A stretch of 64,000 nucleotides of DNA from Gracilinanus agilis (GCF_016433145.1 NC_058131.1:77197454-77261453); one strand, 5' to 3'. Shown: positions 24,871 through 38,989, counted from the stretch's first letter. Made by a program: numbers and translations. The notes: generated by a model not told the origin, from the letters alone.

Positions 24871-25975
24871 CTTAGATACGGGTCTACAAAGAAAATGTGG
24901 AAGGATTAGATCACTTTTGTGTAGGACAACTCGGTTACAGAGAACTTTACATTCATCACACAATATGAGCCTTGATTTAACCACATAGGAGGCAGCTAGG
25001 AAAATATTATTATCTTAACCCTATATATGAAGAAACAGGCTCAGGAAGTTTGTGATTTATGGACAGCAGCAGAGCTAACAAGTGGCAGACGTTTTGCCTC
25101 TCTCCTCAAGTCCTGTCTCCTAAATGTATTTGTTCTCCACATTCTTAGTACATGAATTGGACCCTTACTTTACTGAAATCAGGTTTGTTAGTTGAAGTTT
25201 GGGGTTTAGGGGAGGAAAGAGAAAGGAAAGGAATTTCAGCAACCTAGTCTTTTTCCTAATACTCCTCTCTCTAAATCCAAATAGCCTTGATACAAAAGTC
25301 TTTACCCTATGCTTGTGGAAGCTCCTTCTGTGAATAAACTCTCCCCTTCTCTAAAGCTATTTATGGCCACAAAAGATGGCCATGCTCAAATGGATTATGC
25401 CATGGGAAAATAGGAATAGCACTACATTGACCTGGACAGAACTTATTAGAAATCAAATGCATTGAATGAACTGATGGTTTCAAGTGATTTGTGGTTAGGA
25501 GTGTCAGCAACATGTCAGCAACATATTGGCATAATTTTTTTCCATTACTCACCAGGAAGATATAAGGATTGCTCTTGTAGCCTATTGATTTGGAGCAAAA
25601 AACATGGATTAATACATTCTGAGACCATACGAGGCCCTCTGGGCATGTCAGCTTGAAATGATGTACAATCATCAATTAACAGTTAATGCGCAAAAATCAA
25701 TGTCTAAAGATATCTATAAGTTGGCAAATAGGAGAAAGAGGAAGAAGAGGATAACAGAAGAAACTCTATAAAGTTCAAGTAATTAAGTATCTATAAGCTG
25801 ACAAATAGAATTATTGCAGGAGAATGAGGGAAAAAAGGATAACAGGAAGAGTATAATGTTCCAATAATAATCTCTTTGGATTATTAAAAATAATATGTAA
25901 AATACACATCAGTGTCAAACTACATTTTCTATGGAGAGGAAAATGTTATTTATGTTACATGTCCCAACAAGGAGC

Positions 25976-26228
25976 TAGGGAGAGCAGTGGAAAATGTGTT
26001 TAGCTTAAAAAGAAGACACAAATTAAAATCCAGCCTCTGACACCAACTAACTGAGTGGCACTAAGCAAGCCACTTAAGCTCTATTTGTCCCAGTTTCCTC
26101 ATCTGTAAAATGGAGATAATAATACCACCTACTTTCCATGGTTGTTGTGAAGATGAAATAAGATAGTTTCTAAAGTACTTAGCACAGTGCCTGACATATA
26201 GTAGGCACCAAAGAAATACTTATTCCCT
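25976..26228 (+). mobile_element. MIR SINE
   Basis: CORE cagtttcctcatctgtaaaatggagataataatacc...gttgtgaagatgaaataagata...cacagtgcctgacatatagtaggcac. Confidence 0.85.
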
Positions 26229-27946
26229 GTCATACACTTTTCCATCACAAGAAAATTCATCTTCTAGTTACTAGTTTTGTTTCTGAAATCTTTCATATAC
26301 TTAAACTGCTTGATCTATACTCCCAAACCCACACCGAGTGTTTCTAATCAGAAGATTCCATTTATTTATTTCTACTTGGTCAATAGCTGGTATGGAAATT
26401 AGAGATTGGATCAATCCTACATTCTAAAGCAGAAAGGGCATTCCAACAACATGGAGATGACTGACACTTTGTCAGTGCTTAAAGAATATTTATTAGATGG
26501 GATTATTGGATTCACAGAACATAGTGACTTGGAATAGCGACAGATCAAATATGACAATTCTATCTCCCATAGGACTAATCGTATTTGCCTTGTGAGTAAA
26601 AATCAGGTTTTCATAGCTATAGATTTTGAATACTTCAAATCAGTCCTACTTCATTAGAATGTGCAAGTGTTAGCTCTAACACTTGCTTGCACAGTTTATG
26701 TTTCTGTGAATGCATTTCTGTTAAGAACTGTGAAGCTCTAAGTGTCAAAAGTGATGAATTTTCATGTGCTATTCAAATGGAGACTCATAAAAATTTGTAA
26801 TTGGAAAGAACCTTAGAGACAATTAAATTCAACCTTTCTTTTTATATACAGATAATAAACCTCACATTCTGAAGGTCCTTCATGAAATACTTCCTTGTAT
26901 TATTCACTGTATAATATTCAGATTGGGATGGGAATTGTCTTAGGCACTAAAGTCTTGTTCTGATACACAAATTGCTTCAGAGAGTTACATGGAATTTCAG
27001 AGTCAGAAAAAACCTCAGAGAAATTCTCTTTCTGAGATCTGGGCTGTGTTTAAAGACCTGCATTTAAAGGTATTTCACAACTTGCTGGGGCAGCTCATGA
27101 ATAGCTCTACTTTTTAGGAATATTTTATCTTATATCAAGCAAAAATCTGCTCATCTGTACAAGACTGTGCATTCTCCTAATACAATCCTCTAGATCCAAG
27201 AAGAAAATTTTGAATTCTTCAACATAGCAGCTCTACAAATACTTAAAAACAACTATCATGACTCCCACATCTTTTTTTTTTCCTCAGCCTCTTCAATTAA
27301 TCCAAATGCAACCTGGTCTTCTATCCCCTTATTATGTTGATGACCCTATCACATAGATACATTCCATTTTGAAAATGTCATCCTTAAAAGATGATTCCCA
27401 GAATTGGACACAATACCCTAATTATGTTCTGACCAGGGCAGAGTACAATGGAACTATTACCTCCTTTATTCTAGTTTGTCTGTAGCTTTCCACTTACGTG
27501 ACCACTACTCTAGCTCAAGTCATTATTAAATCTTTCAAAGTCTATGGCAATTTATTCGTCTTCCCACCTCCAGGATCTTCCCTCTCTAATTAATTCTCCA
27601 TCTAGCTATCCAGTGTATGTTCTTAAAGAATAAATCTAACTACATCACTAATCTGTTAAAAATTTCCGTGACTCCCTTTTGCCTCCAAGATAATATACAA
27701 ACTCCTTTTAGTGTTTAAAGCCTTTTACAACATGTCTCCAACCCATCTATTCAGGCTAATTTCCCATCCTTCCTCCTTTCCCTTTCTTTGTTTACTGCAT
27801 CTGGAAATGTACAGAGAGGTAGTATGGGAAAATAATGACAAAATGATAAAAATAATAGTACAGTTTTTCATAATTTATCTCATTTGATCATGTGAGCTAA
27901 TAAAGCAGAGAAGTGTTACATGTTTGACCCAAGTAATCCAAGTATT

Positions 27947-28197
27947 TAGGCAGCTAGTTGGCACAATAGATAGAACACTGAACTTGGAACCAGGAAGACT
28001 CACCATCATGAGTTCAAATCTGGCTTCTGAAACTAACTCTGTGACCCTGGGCAAACCAATTAACTCTGTTTGCCTCAATTCCTCATCTGTAAAATATAGC
28101 TGTAGAAGGAAATGACAAATCATCTAATATCTTTTCCAAGAAAACCTCAAAGAGGGACAGGAAGAGTTGGATTTGACTGGAATGACTGAACAACAAC
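27947..28197 (+). mobile_element. MAR1-type SINE (RTE tail)
   Basis: ggcagctagttggcacaatagataga...catctgtaaaat...agaaggaaatgacaaa...ccaagaaaacc...gactgaacaacaac. Confidence 0.8.
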
Positions 28198-30741
28198 CAC
28201 CTAGTTATTTATTGCCTAAAACAAGATTGATAGACAGGCATTCTTGAGGGAGTAGAACAAAAGAGAGTGCTGGCCTTAGAATTAGGAAAACATTGATTAG
28301 AACTTAGCCCTGATGGCAACTAGCTCTGTGAACATGGGCAACTTATTTGAACTCTAAGCCTCAAGTTTCTCCTCCTGTAACATAGAGATAAAACTTTAGT
28401 TCCTCTTTCATTAGACTGTTGCAAGACCTAAATGAGATACCAAATAAAAATCACTTTATGAAATTTAAAGCATTGTTTAAATAATAGTTAAAATTATTAT
28501 GATGACTATAACCACCTGGAAGGGATATAGGTGGAGGAATTCTGAGTGGGATGAATTACCAGGATAGATTAAATCACTTCTGCTTCTGAAATTGTCTAAA
28601 TCTAGTAATTACATGAAAATTTTTTACTAAAATTTAAATTTACTAAATCAAAATGTAAGATTAACACATCTTGCAAATATAAGAAAATTGCAAATCAGAA
28701 CAAGATTATTTGAATTCTTTATATTTTTATACACATACTTTATATACATATTTAACTTTGTACACTCACTTATTATGTTATACTTTTTTATACAGATACT
28801 TCACAGGGTTCCTTCTAAATTGAAACTCTCTCCCCAGACATTTAAAAAGGATTTTTTCTTTTTTAAAAAATTATACTTTACACTTTCAGAACATTTTTAA
28901 TTGTGCTAGTCATGCTTGTATCCATAAAGCAATAATAATAATGATCTGAATCTTTTAGATCAGAGGACCCACACTGAGGAAGAATGATGAATAAGGGAAA
29001 TCGTCATCTACTGCCACTGTAAAACCTTATTTCCATTGCTGAAAATAGCCTTTTCATACTTTTTATTCCTGGATCTGGCACAGAAGTAATGTCGACATTG
29101 ATGGTCCTTCTCTCCTTGTTTGGACAGCAAAGATTGCATCAGTTAGAAGATTTTAAAATCAAAGGCAGAAGGGGATCCATTTCATTACCTAGCTGTAGAT
29201 TGTTTCTTTCACCAGACACAGCACATGCTCTTATAAAAAATGAGGCTCCAGAGAAAAGAAGCAGGTCAGGGTAAGCAGAGTGGAATGGTGGACAACACAA
29301 TTAGGGGCCAAAGCATCAGCAACATTAATTCTCTCCTCACCTGTCTTGAGAGTAGTTTGTAGAAAAAATAGTATATCACAAAATCATTAATTTTAATGTA
29401 GAAGGGATATTAAATGTAAATAAATTCAGTCTGCTCATTTTACAGATGAAATGCTGAATCACATCAAGATGACATTATTTGTCCCGAGTACCAAAATTAA
29501 GTATTTGAGGTAGGACTTGAACTCAGTTCTTTCTGACTCCAAGCCCAGCATCTTATCCTCTGTGCCATTCTAAGTCATATGAACTGTTTGTAGGAATCTC
29601 CCAGGCTTGTGATATTTAGCCAGGCACTATGCACACACTGAGTCCAGAGACAGAAGAGAGAACAACATCATTGACTCAGTTTGGGAGCCTGTGGGATCTG
29701 ATCCCTGTAACTCCTCATGAGCAAGAATGGAGTAATTTTCCCATCTCTCTCTATTGCCCTTATCCTCCTGAGTCCTAGGAAAGAGTGGAGTGTAAGGGCA
29801 TCTGTCTTCTGGGAATTTCATGACATGTCATTGGATTTCCTAGGTTGAAGGATGTATTCAGAGACATCTGCTTCCTACAATCCTTGGGGTCATTCAATTC
29901 CCCCCTCCCAGACCAGGGTTACGTAATACCTATTCCTTTTGGATTAACCTGAATCTTTATCTCCAGATATCATACCTGGCTAACTGCCTTCAAGTCTTCC
30001 CAATACTAATTATTTCCCCACAGGGAATTTGAACATGTACATACAGATTATTCCCCTGTATGTTGCTTCTCTTTCCCCTTTCTGTTATTGGACCTCTAGG
30101 ATTTGTTATCTCTCATGCCCATTCTGAATTCTAAATGTTCCAGAAAAGTTGATCTCATTGTCTTCCTCATACATGCCAATTTGATTCCCACCTTTTATCT
30201 TTTCTTAGACTTCTGTTCTTCCTCTCTGGAAAGTCCTTCCAAATCTTCATTTTCAAAAATTCTATCTATATTTAAGTGCTCTATTTATTTCTAAAGTATT
30301 AAAATTAATATGTACAGATTTTAAAACTTACATATAATAGAAGCTGTATTATTTTAAATTTTCTTTTTCTGTTCCTTTTATACTGAAATATTTATGTTTG
30401 TCATAAAAATGTGATTAACTCAATGGATTTAGAAAAAAATCTTTTGACAATATGCAACACTTATTCCTGTTAAAAACACTGGAAAAAAATATATATATGG
30501 AGTATTCATTAAAATTATAAGCATCATCTTTCTAAAGCCATTATCAAACACTGTCTATAATAGGCATAAGCCAGAAGCCTTCAAAATAAGAGCAAGGGTG
30601 AAATAAAGATATCTGTTGTCATCATTATTATTCAGTACTGTACTAGAAGCACTAGCTATAGCAGTAAGAGAAGAAAAAGAAACTGAAGGAATTAGAATAA
30701 GCAATAAGGAAATAAAAGTATCGCTTTTTGCAGATGACATG

Positions 30742-31744
30742 TGTAATGATGCAATTAAAAGTTATAAATGACCGTAGAAAGGCCAAGGGGAAAGAGTGAG
30801 ATTGGAGAGCCCTGGATGTCAGTAGAGCTCTAGCCTCTCTTTGGTGCTGACAGGAAGTCTGTAGAAAACACAGCACTCTGCCTTGACCAATCACTACAGG
30901 TCACTAAGGAAACTAGTTCTTTAGCAGTTTTACACAGAGCTGTTGATACCTTGATGTGTTGGTATTGTTATTCTGGACAATTACCTCTGCCTGCTCTGAC
31001 TGCTTTTTGTTAAGATTGAGTTTCAGATTCATAGACTGAATCTGAATACTCCTGTGGTCCAGTTTTCTGCTGAACTCTGCTATGATTGCCTCTTCTCTAC
31101 CTTGACTTTGACCAGCACACAAAAGGTCAGTAGTTGTTGTTGTTATTAATTGGAAAGATTTAATATAAAAGGTAAATAAATAGAGTATAAGGTAATTAGG
31201 AAAACCAAGGGAAGGGAAGAAAGTTTCAGGAGCTTCTAATGTACTTCAGGATCTAATTCAAAAGTATTAAGATTCTGTTGAATATTGAACTGTAGCCTCA
31301 GAATGTCCAGGCAGAGGCCAACAGACCATCAGGCGTGCTCAGGATGAAGTAGCTCTGTTTGTTGTCTTGATCAAATTACAACTTGATGATAAAATGATAT
31401 TCCGTTGATCTTCTGTGAGTATGATGACTTGTAATAAATTGAAAGATGGTATTGATTGACAATATGAGCATAAGCTGAGGTTACTGTTCTTATGAAGTGA
31501 CAACTAATCCCTTGCCTATGAAACCTAGTTTAGATGAGAAGGATATGTCTACCCAGATCTCCCCCACTAACTCTGACTGAGTCCAAGAGGCTTGGGCTCA
31601 TCTCCTTTTGTAAGGCAATTTCAATGGTCAACTGGTCTCATGCCATGGTATGCCAACCCAGGAACATTCTAGCATTCTGAGTTTTCAACTGGCAACTCCT
31701 GCCCCAACATGGCTACTTGAAAATCTATCAAAATCTATATTACA
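30742..31744. mobile_element. Solo LTR (1003 bp), ERV1-like
   Basis: Perfect terminal inverted repeat TGTAAT...ATTACA and a 4-bp target duplication CATG (30738-30741 and 31745-31748); L1 sequence resumes after it. Confidence 0.88.
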
Positions 31745-33157
31745 CATGATGGTATACTTAGAGAATCCTAAAAAATCTAAAACTAGCTGAAATCATTAAT
31801 AATATCAGAAAAAATACAGGATATAAAATAAACCCACATATATCATCAGTATTTCTATATATTGCCCAAAAAGTTTAGCAAGAAGATATAGAAAGAAAAT
31901 TTCAATTGAAAATAATTATAGACAATATAAAATATTTGGGAGACAACCTGCTAAAGCAAACCAAGGAACTACATTAACATAATTACAAAACATTTTTCAC
32001 AAAAATAAAGTCAGAGCTCAACAACTGGAGAAATGTTCATTGTTCATAGGTTGATCGAGTCGATATAATAAAAATGACAATTCTACTTAAATTAATTCAT
32101 TAATTCAATACCATATAAGGAAAACTACCAAAAAAGTATTTTATAAAGCTAGGAAAAAATAATAAATTCATCTGGAAAAAAATTTAAAAATATCAAGGAA
32201 ATGGATGGAAAAAAAAGTGTGACGGACCAGATCTTGGCAGGACCAGATCTTTAAATGTATTAAAAAGTGGTCATCATTAAAACAATCTAGTATTGGCTAA
32301 GAAATAGAGTGATGGACCAGTAGAATAAATTAAATACACAACACATAGTAGTAAATGAACCTAGTGTTTGATAAAAACAAAGATTCAAACATTAAGTATA
32401 AGGTTGTACTATTTGACAAAAATTGGTTGGGACACTAAAAAGTAGTTTGGGAGAAACTAGGTATACAACATTTCATACCATATAGCAAGACAAGGCCAAA
32501 ATAGGTACATGATTTAGACATGAAGGATGATATTATAAGCAAAGAAAGGGAGCAAGGAATACCTTACAGAGCTATGTATCAGGAAAGAATTATAATAAAA
32601 TAAGAGTTAGAGAGCATTATGGAAATAAAAATATAATTTTAATAATATTAAATTAAAAGAGTTTTCCACAATCAAATCCAGGGCAGCCAAGATTCAAAAG
32701 AAAACAGAAAACTCTGAGAGAAATTTTATAGCAATTTTCTCTGATAAAAACCTCATTTTCTCAAATATATGAAGAACCGAGTCAAATATATGAGTATACA
32801 AGTTATTTCCCAATTGATTAATGGTCAAAGGATCTGTTTTCAGAAGTAGAAATCAATACTATTTCTAGTCATACAAAAAATTTCTAAATCATCAATGATT
32901 AGAGAAATGCCAATTAAAACAACTGTGAGGTACCACACCAGCATCAGATTGATTAATATTATAGAAAATAAAAATGACAAATGTTGGAGGAGATGTTGAA
33001 AAATTGGACCACTAATTCACTGTTGGAGGATTTATGAATTGTTCTAATGAATCTAGAGAGCAATTTGCAAATATGCCCAAAGAGCTAAAATAAACTTTGA
33101 CCCAGAAATGTATTACTATCACCTGTAACCCGAAGAGATAAAAAAGGAAAAGGAACT

Positions 33158-33158
33158 T

Positions 33159-33193
<35 letters not shown>
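33158..33193. repeat. (TG)n microsatellite
   Basis: Direct. Confidence 0.97.
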
Positions 33194-33194
<1 letters not shown>

Positions 33195-33799
33195 TCATTT
33201 CTTTTTGTGGGTGGCAAAGAATTTGAAATTGAGGTTATTCTCATTAATTGGAGAATGACTTCACAAATTGGGGTATGTGACTGTGGTGCTATGAGAAGTG
33301 TTAAGAATAAGAAGTGACTACAAGAGTACATAGAGAGAAGTGATTTTTTAAATCAATTTAAGCAAAAAGTTTTTGATATTTTGAGCTATTTGAAAATGCA
33401 ATATATTGCTTTGAGAAGTAGTGAGTTCTCTATCATTAACTTCATACAAAAAGAGACTGACAACTTGTTAAGGATTTTGTTGATAGAACTTATACATCAT
33501 GAGAGGATTATGGGGAGGCCTGCTCAATGATCTCTTAAGATCTTATAAGATCTCTTCTAAATTCAAAATTCATATAATCATAAAAGGATTTGAAAATGGA
33601 ACTTTAAAGAAGGAAAAAAACTCTAGAGATACTCTATTCCAATTCTCTCTCTTTTTTTATCTAATAGAGACAATGGCTTGCCAAAGTAATAGATAGCAAG
33701 TGGCCAATTTGGACCCTAGTCACTTCCACATATTAACATGAAAACTATAGGAAAGGTGAATATATCTGGGACATTACTCCATTTTTATCTTTAATGAAG

Positions 33800-34080
33800 T
33801 GCTATGGGTATCAAATCTCAGAGGTTTCTGAATTTGGTAAATATTCCCACCACCAGCCTGACACAAACTCCCATTGGGCCAAAAATACTAGGTAAACCAA
33901 TCCTATCTTGTCCAAAGACAAACAGCCCTTGTTTCCACCTCATCTAATCCAGGGAGAAATTCGCTCGACCCTCAACCAACTGCTGACTTAGAATTTCTGA
34001 TTGCTTGGAAGAAAGAAGTAGAAGTAACAGAAATAGGGTATTAAGCAACAATTTCTAAGGTCTTTATAAACTAGGTAAGT
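33800..34080 (+). promoter_or_regulatory. Candidate promoter and first non-coding exon of the 37136 OR
   Basis: Non-repeat sequence with O/E-like sites (tcccattggg, tccagggaga) next to ctaat, ending in a strong donor ctag|GTAAGT at 34075. A similar block occurs at about 61200-61513. Confidence 0.4.
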
Positions 34081-34128
34081 CATAGCAAAAGAAGAGCTGG
34101 GGGATTGCTTCCAAAAACCCAGACATAA

Positions 34129-34149
34129 ACACAGACACACACACACACA

Positions 34150-34190
<41 letters not shown>
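34129..34190. repeat. (CA)n microsatellite
   Basis: Direct. Confidence 0.97.
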
Positions 34191-34191
<1 letters not shown>

Positions 34192-37135
34192 ACTCATGTT
34201 CTCACAAATAAATAATAGCTATGCACAGATACACACGTGCAGCTCCATTTTTCAATTCAGCTAAAGTTCAATGAGAAATTGGATCTCAGGCAATCATTGC
34301 CTGTCTCTTGCCTCACCATGGATGGGTCATAAATTACAGCAGAAAACAGAAAAATCACAATTGGGATAGTTGCTCAGTTCCTATTTGGTATAAGTAGGCT
34401 AGGCTGTGATTCCCTAAGAAAGAATTCTAAGACTGAGAGCAGGAAGGAACATTTTAAACATCAGCTAGTCCTAAACTTTTATTTTAAAGATGAGGGAAAC
34501 TAAAAACCAATGCAAAAGAGCTTGGCTAGCCAAAGGTCCTATAAGTAGTTAGAGCTGGTATTAAAACCAGGTTTTCTATATCTAAATTCAGTAGGCTGCC
34601 CACTACATTGAAACAGGATTGTCTTGTTCTAGGGCTAGGGAGAATTTATAGAAATTTAGCATTTCTATTTTAAAGAAAGTCAAGAGTTTTCTATCTGGCA
34701 TTTGACTCTTACCAAGAGACCACACTGTACTTTCTAGCTATATTTCTTATTCTTCCTCTGATGTGCACCCTCCACCCAGCTAAGCTATTTTCCTTATCCC
34801 CAAGTGCTTTGCTTTCCCACAAAGCCTGGCTTCCCTCTTTCCCTTTGGCTGAACTGCTCTCACCCATCTCTGGCTATCCAAATGCTATCCACAGATCAAG
34901 GCTCAGCCAAACCCCACTCTCCTCAGTCTAATCCACACTGGAATTCCCTTTCTCTGGATTCCTGTAGCATGTGCTCTCTAATCTACCCAAGGAATTCTTG
35001 AACTCTAAGGTCCCTTTCTGCTCTAATGTTCTACTTATCTACAGCCCTAACATTCCCTATATTTTAAAAGCAACATGGGAAATTAAGTTTATTCTGATTG
35101 GAAACCATTAAGGGTTTTGGTACTCTTCACAAAGAAGTATGCTATGCAGCTTTCTCTTTCCCTTTTTTCTACTGCATTATGGAAAAGAGAAGTCATTTTG
35201 TGGAGGCTGAGTCTTGTGGAGAATAACAGAAGAAATGAGTTGAAGGAAGATGTCTTTAAGCTGAAGCCAACATCTATGACAATCTATAAGGAAACTTTGA
35301 TGTGGAGCCACCAAAAGACTGGGCACAAACCATCTTGGAATCTTGGAGAAATGTAGCAGCTTCCTAAGGACATTTTGGTGAGTTAGGAAAGAGTTTTCAT
35401 GTCTAAGAGTGTTGAATCAAGATCAAGGTTAAGTCATAGGACCAAAATATCATAGATTTAAAGCTAGATTGACTCTATATGTCTTCCAGTCTAACCTTTT
35501 CATTTTAAAAGTGAAGAACTGAGATCCAGAGAAATTGAATGATTTGCTTGAGATTATGCAGATATTAAGTAGCAGAGTAAATATTTGAACCTAGTTCACC
35601 ATTCTCCAAATCTAGTTTTTTCCCTTGTACATATGTAGCTTATAAAAACTGAGGTTCAAATTTAAGTATTTTAAGGTAAATGGTCCAAAATAATAATATG
35701 AACTAGATGATACAAATTTATTAATTCCAAATGTTACAAATCAAGATTCATGGAAACTAAAAGACTCAATCAAGGCCATATCATTAATAAACAGTAATGT
35801 TTATTAAATTAAAAACTAAAACCAAATGTTCAGATTCCAAATGCAATTGTCTTCCCAGTATATATACTTCACTGTTCTTTTATATTGATTGTTAAAAAAT
35901 TTTTAATTATAAGTATTAAATTTTATTTATGTTAAATTTTTTAAAACTAACTATAAAATTATTTATCACATTGGCATTTTTGACTATTTAAGTGAATTTC
36001 TGTTGCTTGAAATAAAAAAATGACATTATAATATCACTAGCAATGTACTGAATCTCAACTAAAGATCTACCTTGTAGATTAAACCCAGTGAAAAGAAACA
36101 AATGTTACCAATGGTTTTTATTTGTCTATATTTATCTGCATCTACCTACCTATTTATCTTTCATCATCAATTCTTTGAATATGAATCTGTGATTTGAACA
36201 TTGCCCAAGATTGCTAGTATGGAAAAATCTCTACACCAGTGCAAATGTCATTTAGGTCTTCATTTTTTTAACTTATACACATTCAATAACTATGAGTTCA
36301 GAGGACAGATGAATCAACATGCTGCCCATCTCCTAAGAAAATGGAGATGGCTTCAGAATGCAAAATTAGACATGATTTTAGGTTGTGGCCATGTGAGGAT
36401 TTGTTTTGCTTCACTATGCATATCTGTGTTCTTTTCAATGGAATAGATTAGTTGGGAGGCAAAGAAAAAAATTGTTAGTTGAAACAAATAAAATGTAATA
36501 AAAATAAAATGGAACACACTGGAAAAGGGCACTTATAGTCATGAAGTCATAACTGAGGATATGGTAAGAGGCTAAATACCTGGAGTCACACAACTATTAT
36601 GTGTCAGAAACTGGACTTCAGTAAACCTAAGGCTTTCTGCTCCAAGGCTGCCTCCCACTACTAACAACAGCTTAAATGATTTGCAGGAAAACTACTAAAG
36701 AATATAGCGGTGTAGTGCAGAGGTATGAATGGGAGTCAGTAGAAAACAAATCAAAATGTTCACTTCATCATAGCAAAGTCATAGTTATATGCCCTTTATG
36801 AACATTGCAAAGACTGTTCATGACATTAATTGCTAAGTAAGCTCACTATCTATGAGTTGCTCCATGCAGAGCAATTTACATTATTTCTCTGTTGACTATC
36901 TTTAAGTCAGTTTTCAAAGATGATCAAAATTTCAGTTCTCTAACGTAAGTATTTGATCATTAGTCTAAAAGGCTAGGCTAAATAACTTTACAGTTAAATT
37001 AATACAAAATGAAGAAATATCTTGTATTTGGGGGCATGAAAGAAAACTATTCCTAAATAAAGACTATAAGTACGTATTAAAACTCTATTATTATATTGCC
37101 ATAATCCACAATTGCATATTGTGTCTCTGGCAGAT

Positions 37136-38068
37136 ATGGAGAGAGAAAACCAAACCATTGTCTCTGAATTCTTTCTCCTGGGGCTCTCCAGCCAGCCAGA
37201 ACAGCAAAAACTTCTCTTTTGGCTATTCCTGTGTGTATATCTGGTCACTGTGACTGGGAACCTGCTCATCATGTTGGCCATTGGTTTGGATGTCCGACTC
37301 CACTCACCCATGTACTTTTTTCTAGCCAATCTCTCATTTGTTGACATTTGCTTTTCATCAGTTACAATCCCCAAGATGTTGTTGAATCACATAATGGGAA
37401 GCAATGCCATCTCTTATGTGGAGTGCATGATGCAGATGTATTTTTTTATTACTTTTGTAAATATGGATGGGTTTCTCCTGGTGGTTATGGCTTATGACCG
37501 CTACATGGCCATTTGCCGCCCACTCCACTACACCACGGTCATGCGCCCTGGACTTTGCATCCTTCTGGTGGCCATATCCTGGGTCATCACTAATCTTCAT
37601 GCCCTTTTACACACTCTACTAATGGCTCAATTGTCCTTCTGTGCTGACAATGCCATTCCTCACTTCTTCTGTGATCCCTACCCAGTTCGAAAGCTCTCTT
37701 GTTCAGACACCTACATCAGTGACTTGATGGTGTTCACTGTGGGTGGGGCGGTGTTTGTTACCCCATTCACATGCATTGCCATCTCTTATGTTTTCATATT
37801 CTCCAATGTAATGAAGATCCCATCTACTCAGGGGATACAGAAAGCCCTGTCCACATGTGGCTCCCACCTCACTGTGGTTTCCCTCTTCTATGGGGCCATA
37901 ATGGGCATCTATCTGCGCCCTTCATCCTCCTACTCAGCTGTGGACACAGTAGCCACAGTTATCTTTACTTTGGTGACCCCCATGCTTAATCCCTTTATCT
38001 ATAGCTTGAGAAATCAGGACATGAAAGTAGCTCTACGGAGACTGATTCTGACAAAAGCAATTTTGTGA
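37136..38068 (+). CDS. Intact class II olfactory receptor, OR1 family-like, about 310 aa, starting at MERENQT
   Basis: Motifs [58 protein letters not shown]. Acceptor tctctggcAG at 37132-37133 precedes the ATG at 37136. Confidence 0.96.
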   Translation: MERENQTIVSEFFLLGLSSQPEQQKLLFWLFLCVYLVTVTGNLLIMLAIGLDVRLHSPMYFFLANLSFVDICFSSVTIPKMLLNHIMGSNAISYVECMMQMYFFITFVNMDGFLLVVMAYDRYMAICRPLHYTTVMRPGLCILLVAISWVITNLHALLHTLLMAQLSFCADNAIPHFFCDPYPVRKLSCSDTYISDLMVFTVGGAVFVTPFTCIAISYVFIFSNVMKIPSTQGIQKALSTCGSHLTVVSLFYGAIMGIYLRPSSSYSAVDTVATVIFTLVTPMLNPFIYSLRNQDMKVALRRLILTKAIL

Positions 38069-38228
38069 ATGTCTTAGAATTATGGAAATTAAATGAATTA
38101 AACAAACATTCAATAATCAATCAATAAATATTTATTAAACACTTATTCTATATCAACCCTTGTACATAGAGCTGGGGCAACAAAGAAGAAAATAAGAACC
38201 TTACATTCTATCGGAAGAATAAAATGTT

Positions 38229-38287
<59 letters not shown>

Positions 38288-38297
38288 ACATATATAC
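38229..38297. repeat. Compound (TA)n(TG)n microsatellite
   Basis: Direct. Confidence 0.95.
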
Positions 38298-38887
38298 ATG
38301 CAGATATCTATTTGCAAATGTAAACTATATGCAAAGAAAATTCAAAATTGATTTTGGGTTCATGAGAGTCTGGTAGATTTAGCAAAGCCTCAAGGGTAAA
38401 TCAGCAATTGAGCTGAGTTTTAAAGAAGCATGTCATTCTGAATTAAGAATATTATCTTTAACAGAATTTCTGAAGGTGAAATATTACAAGATATTTTATT
38501 ATTTATTATTAAAGTAATTGATGCAGAGGTGAGAAAGTGTGGAAGACAACTAGTTCAAAGGAACAGATCTAGAAGATGTTATGCCACATATGGAGAACAG
38601 AAAATAGGCCACTTGGTTTGCAATATAGTATGTGAAGAAGTCTAATTAATAGGTAGAATGCTTATTGTGGAAAAGCAGGCAGGAGTCAGATTGTAATGGA
38701 CTTTAAATACCGATTAATGGAATTTATCCTAAAACAAAGGCTATTCACCTTTGTGCTTGTGTGAGGGGCTCCTTTGGAACTCTGGTTCCTTTTCTGAATA
38801 ATGTTAATAAATACACAAAATATATAGGATTCCAAAGAAATCAATTGTATAAAAAGTTATATATGTGTATATATTAAAATGATTGAA

Positions 38888-38939
38888 AGATAGAGACAGA
38901 CAGATAGAGACAGACAGATAGATAAGTAGATAGATAGAT

Positions 38940-38989
<50 letters not shown>

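Larger units (their letters stand above)
30421..33340 (+). mobile_element. Decayed L1 ORF2 (RT and C-terminal part), interrupted by an LTR
   Basis: Remnants of D.EK.FD..QH.FL.KTL, SPLLF..VLE.LAIA.R.EKE.EGIR, LFADDM/VYLENP, and downstream L1 C-terminal motifs. Confidence 0.9.

Noticed and set aside
24871-24984. 38-aa N-terminal extension of the minus-strand OR
   Set aside because: Contains the intron polypyrimidine tract and acceptor; the canonical OR start with the N-glycosylation site is at 24870.
25361-25675. 104-aa minus-strand ORF with faint V1R/OR-like fragments (ATRAILI)
   Set aside because: The frame is not preserved in the paralogous copy at 2830-3170 and no sustained 7TM motif pattern is present.
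37112-37135. 8-aa extension of the OR from a TTG start
   Set aside because: Overlaps the splice acceptor; the true ATG is at 37136.
36994-37600. Minus-strand ORFs overlapping ORs (also 48808-49494 and 56240-56635)
   Set aside because: Antisense shadows of OR coding sequence.
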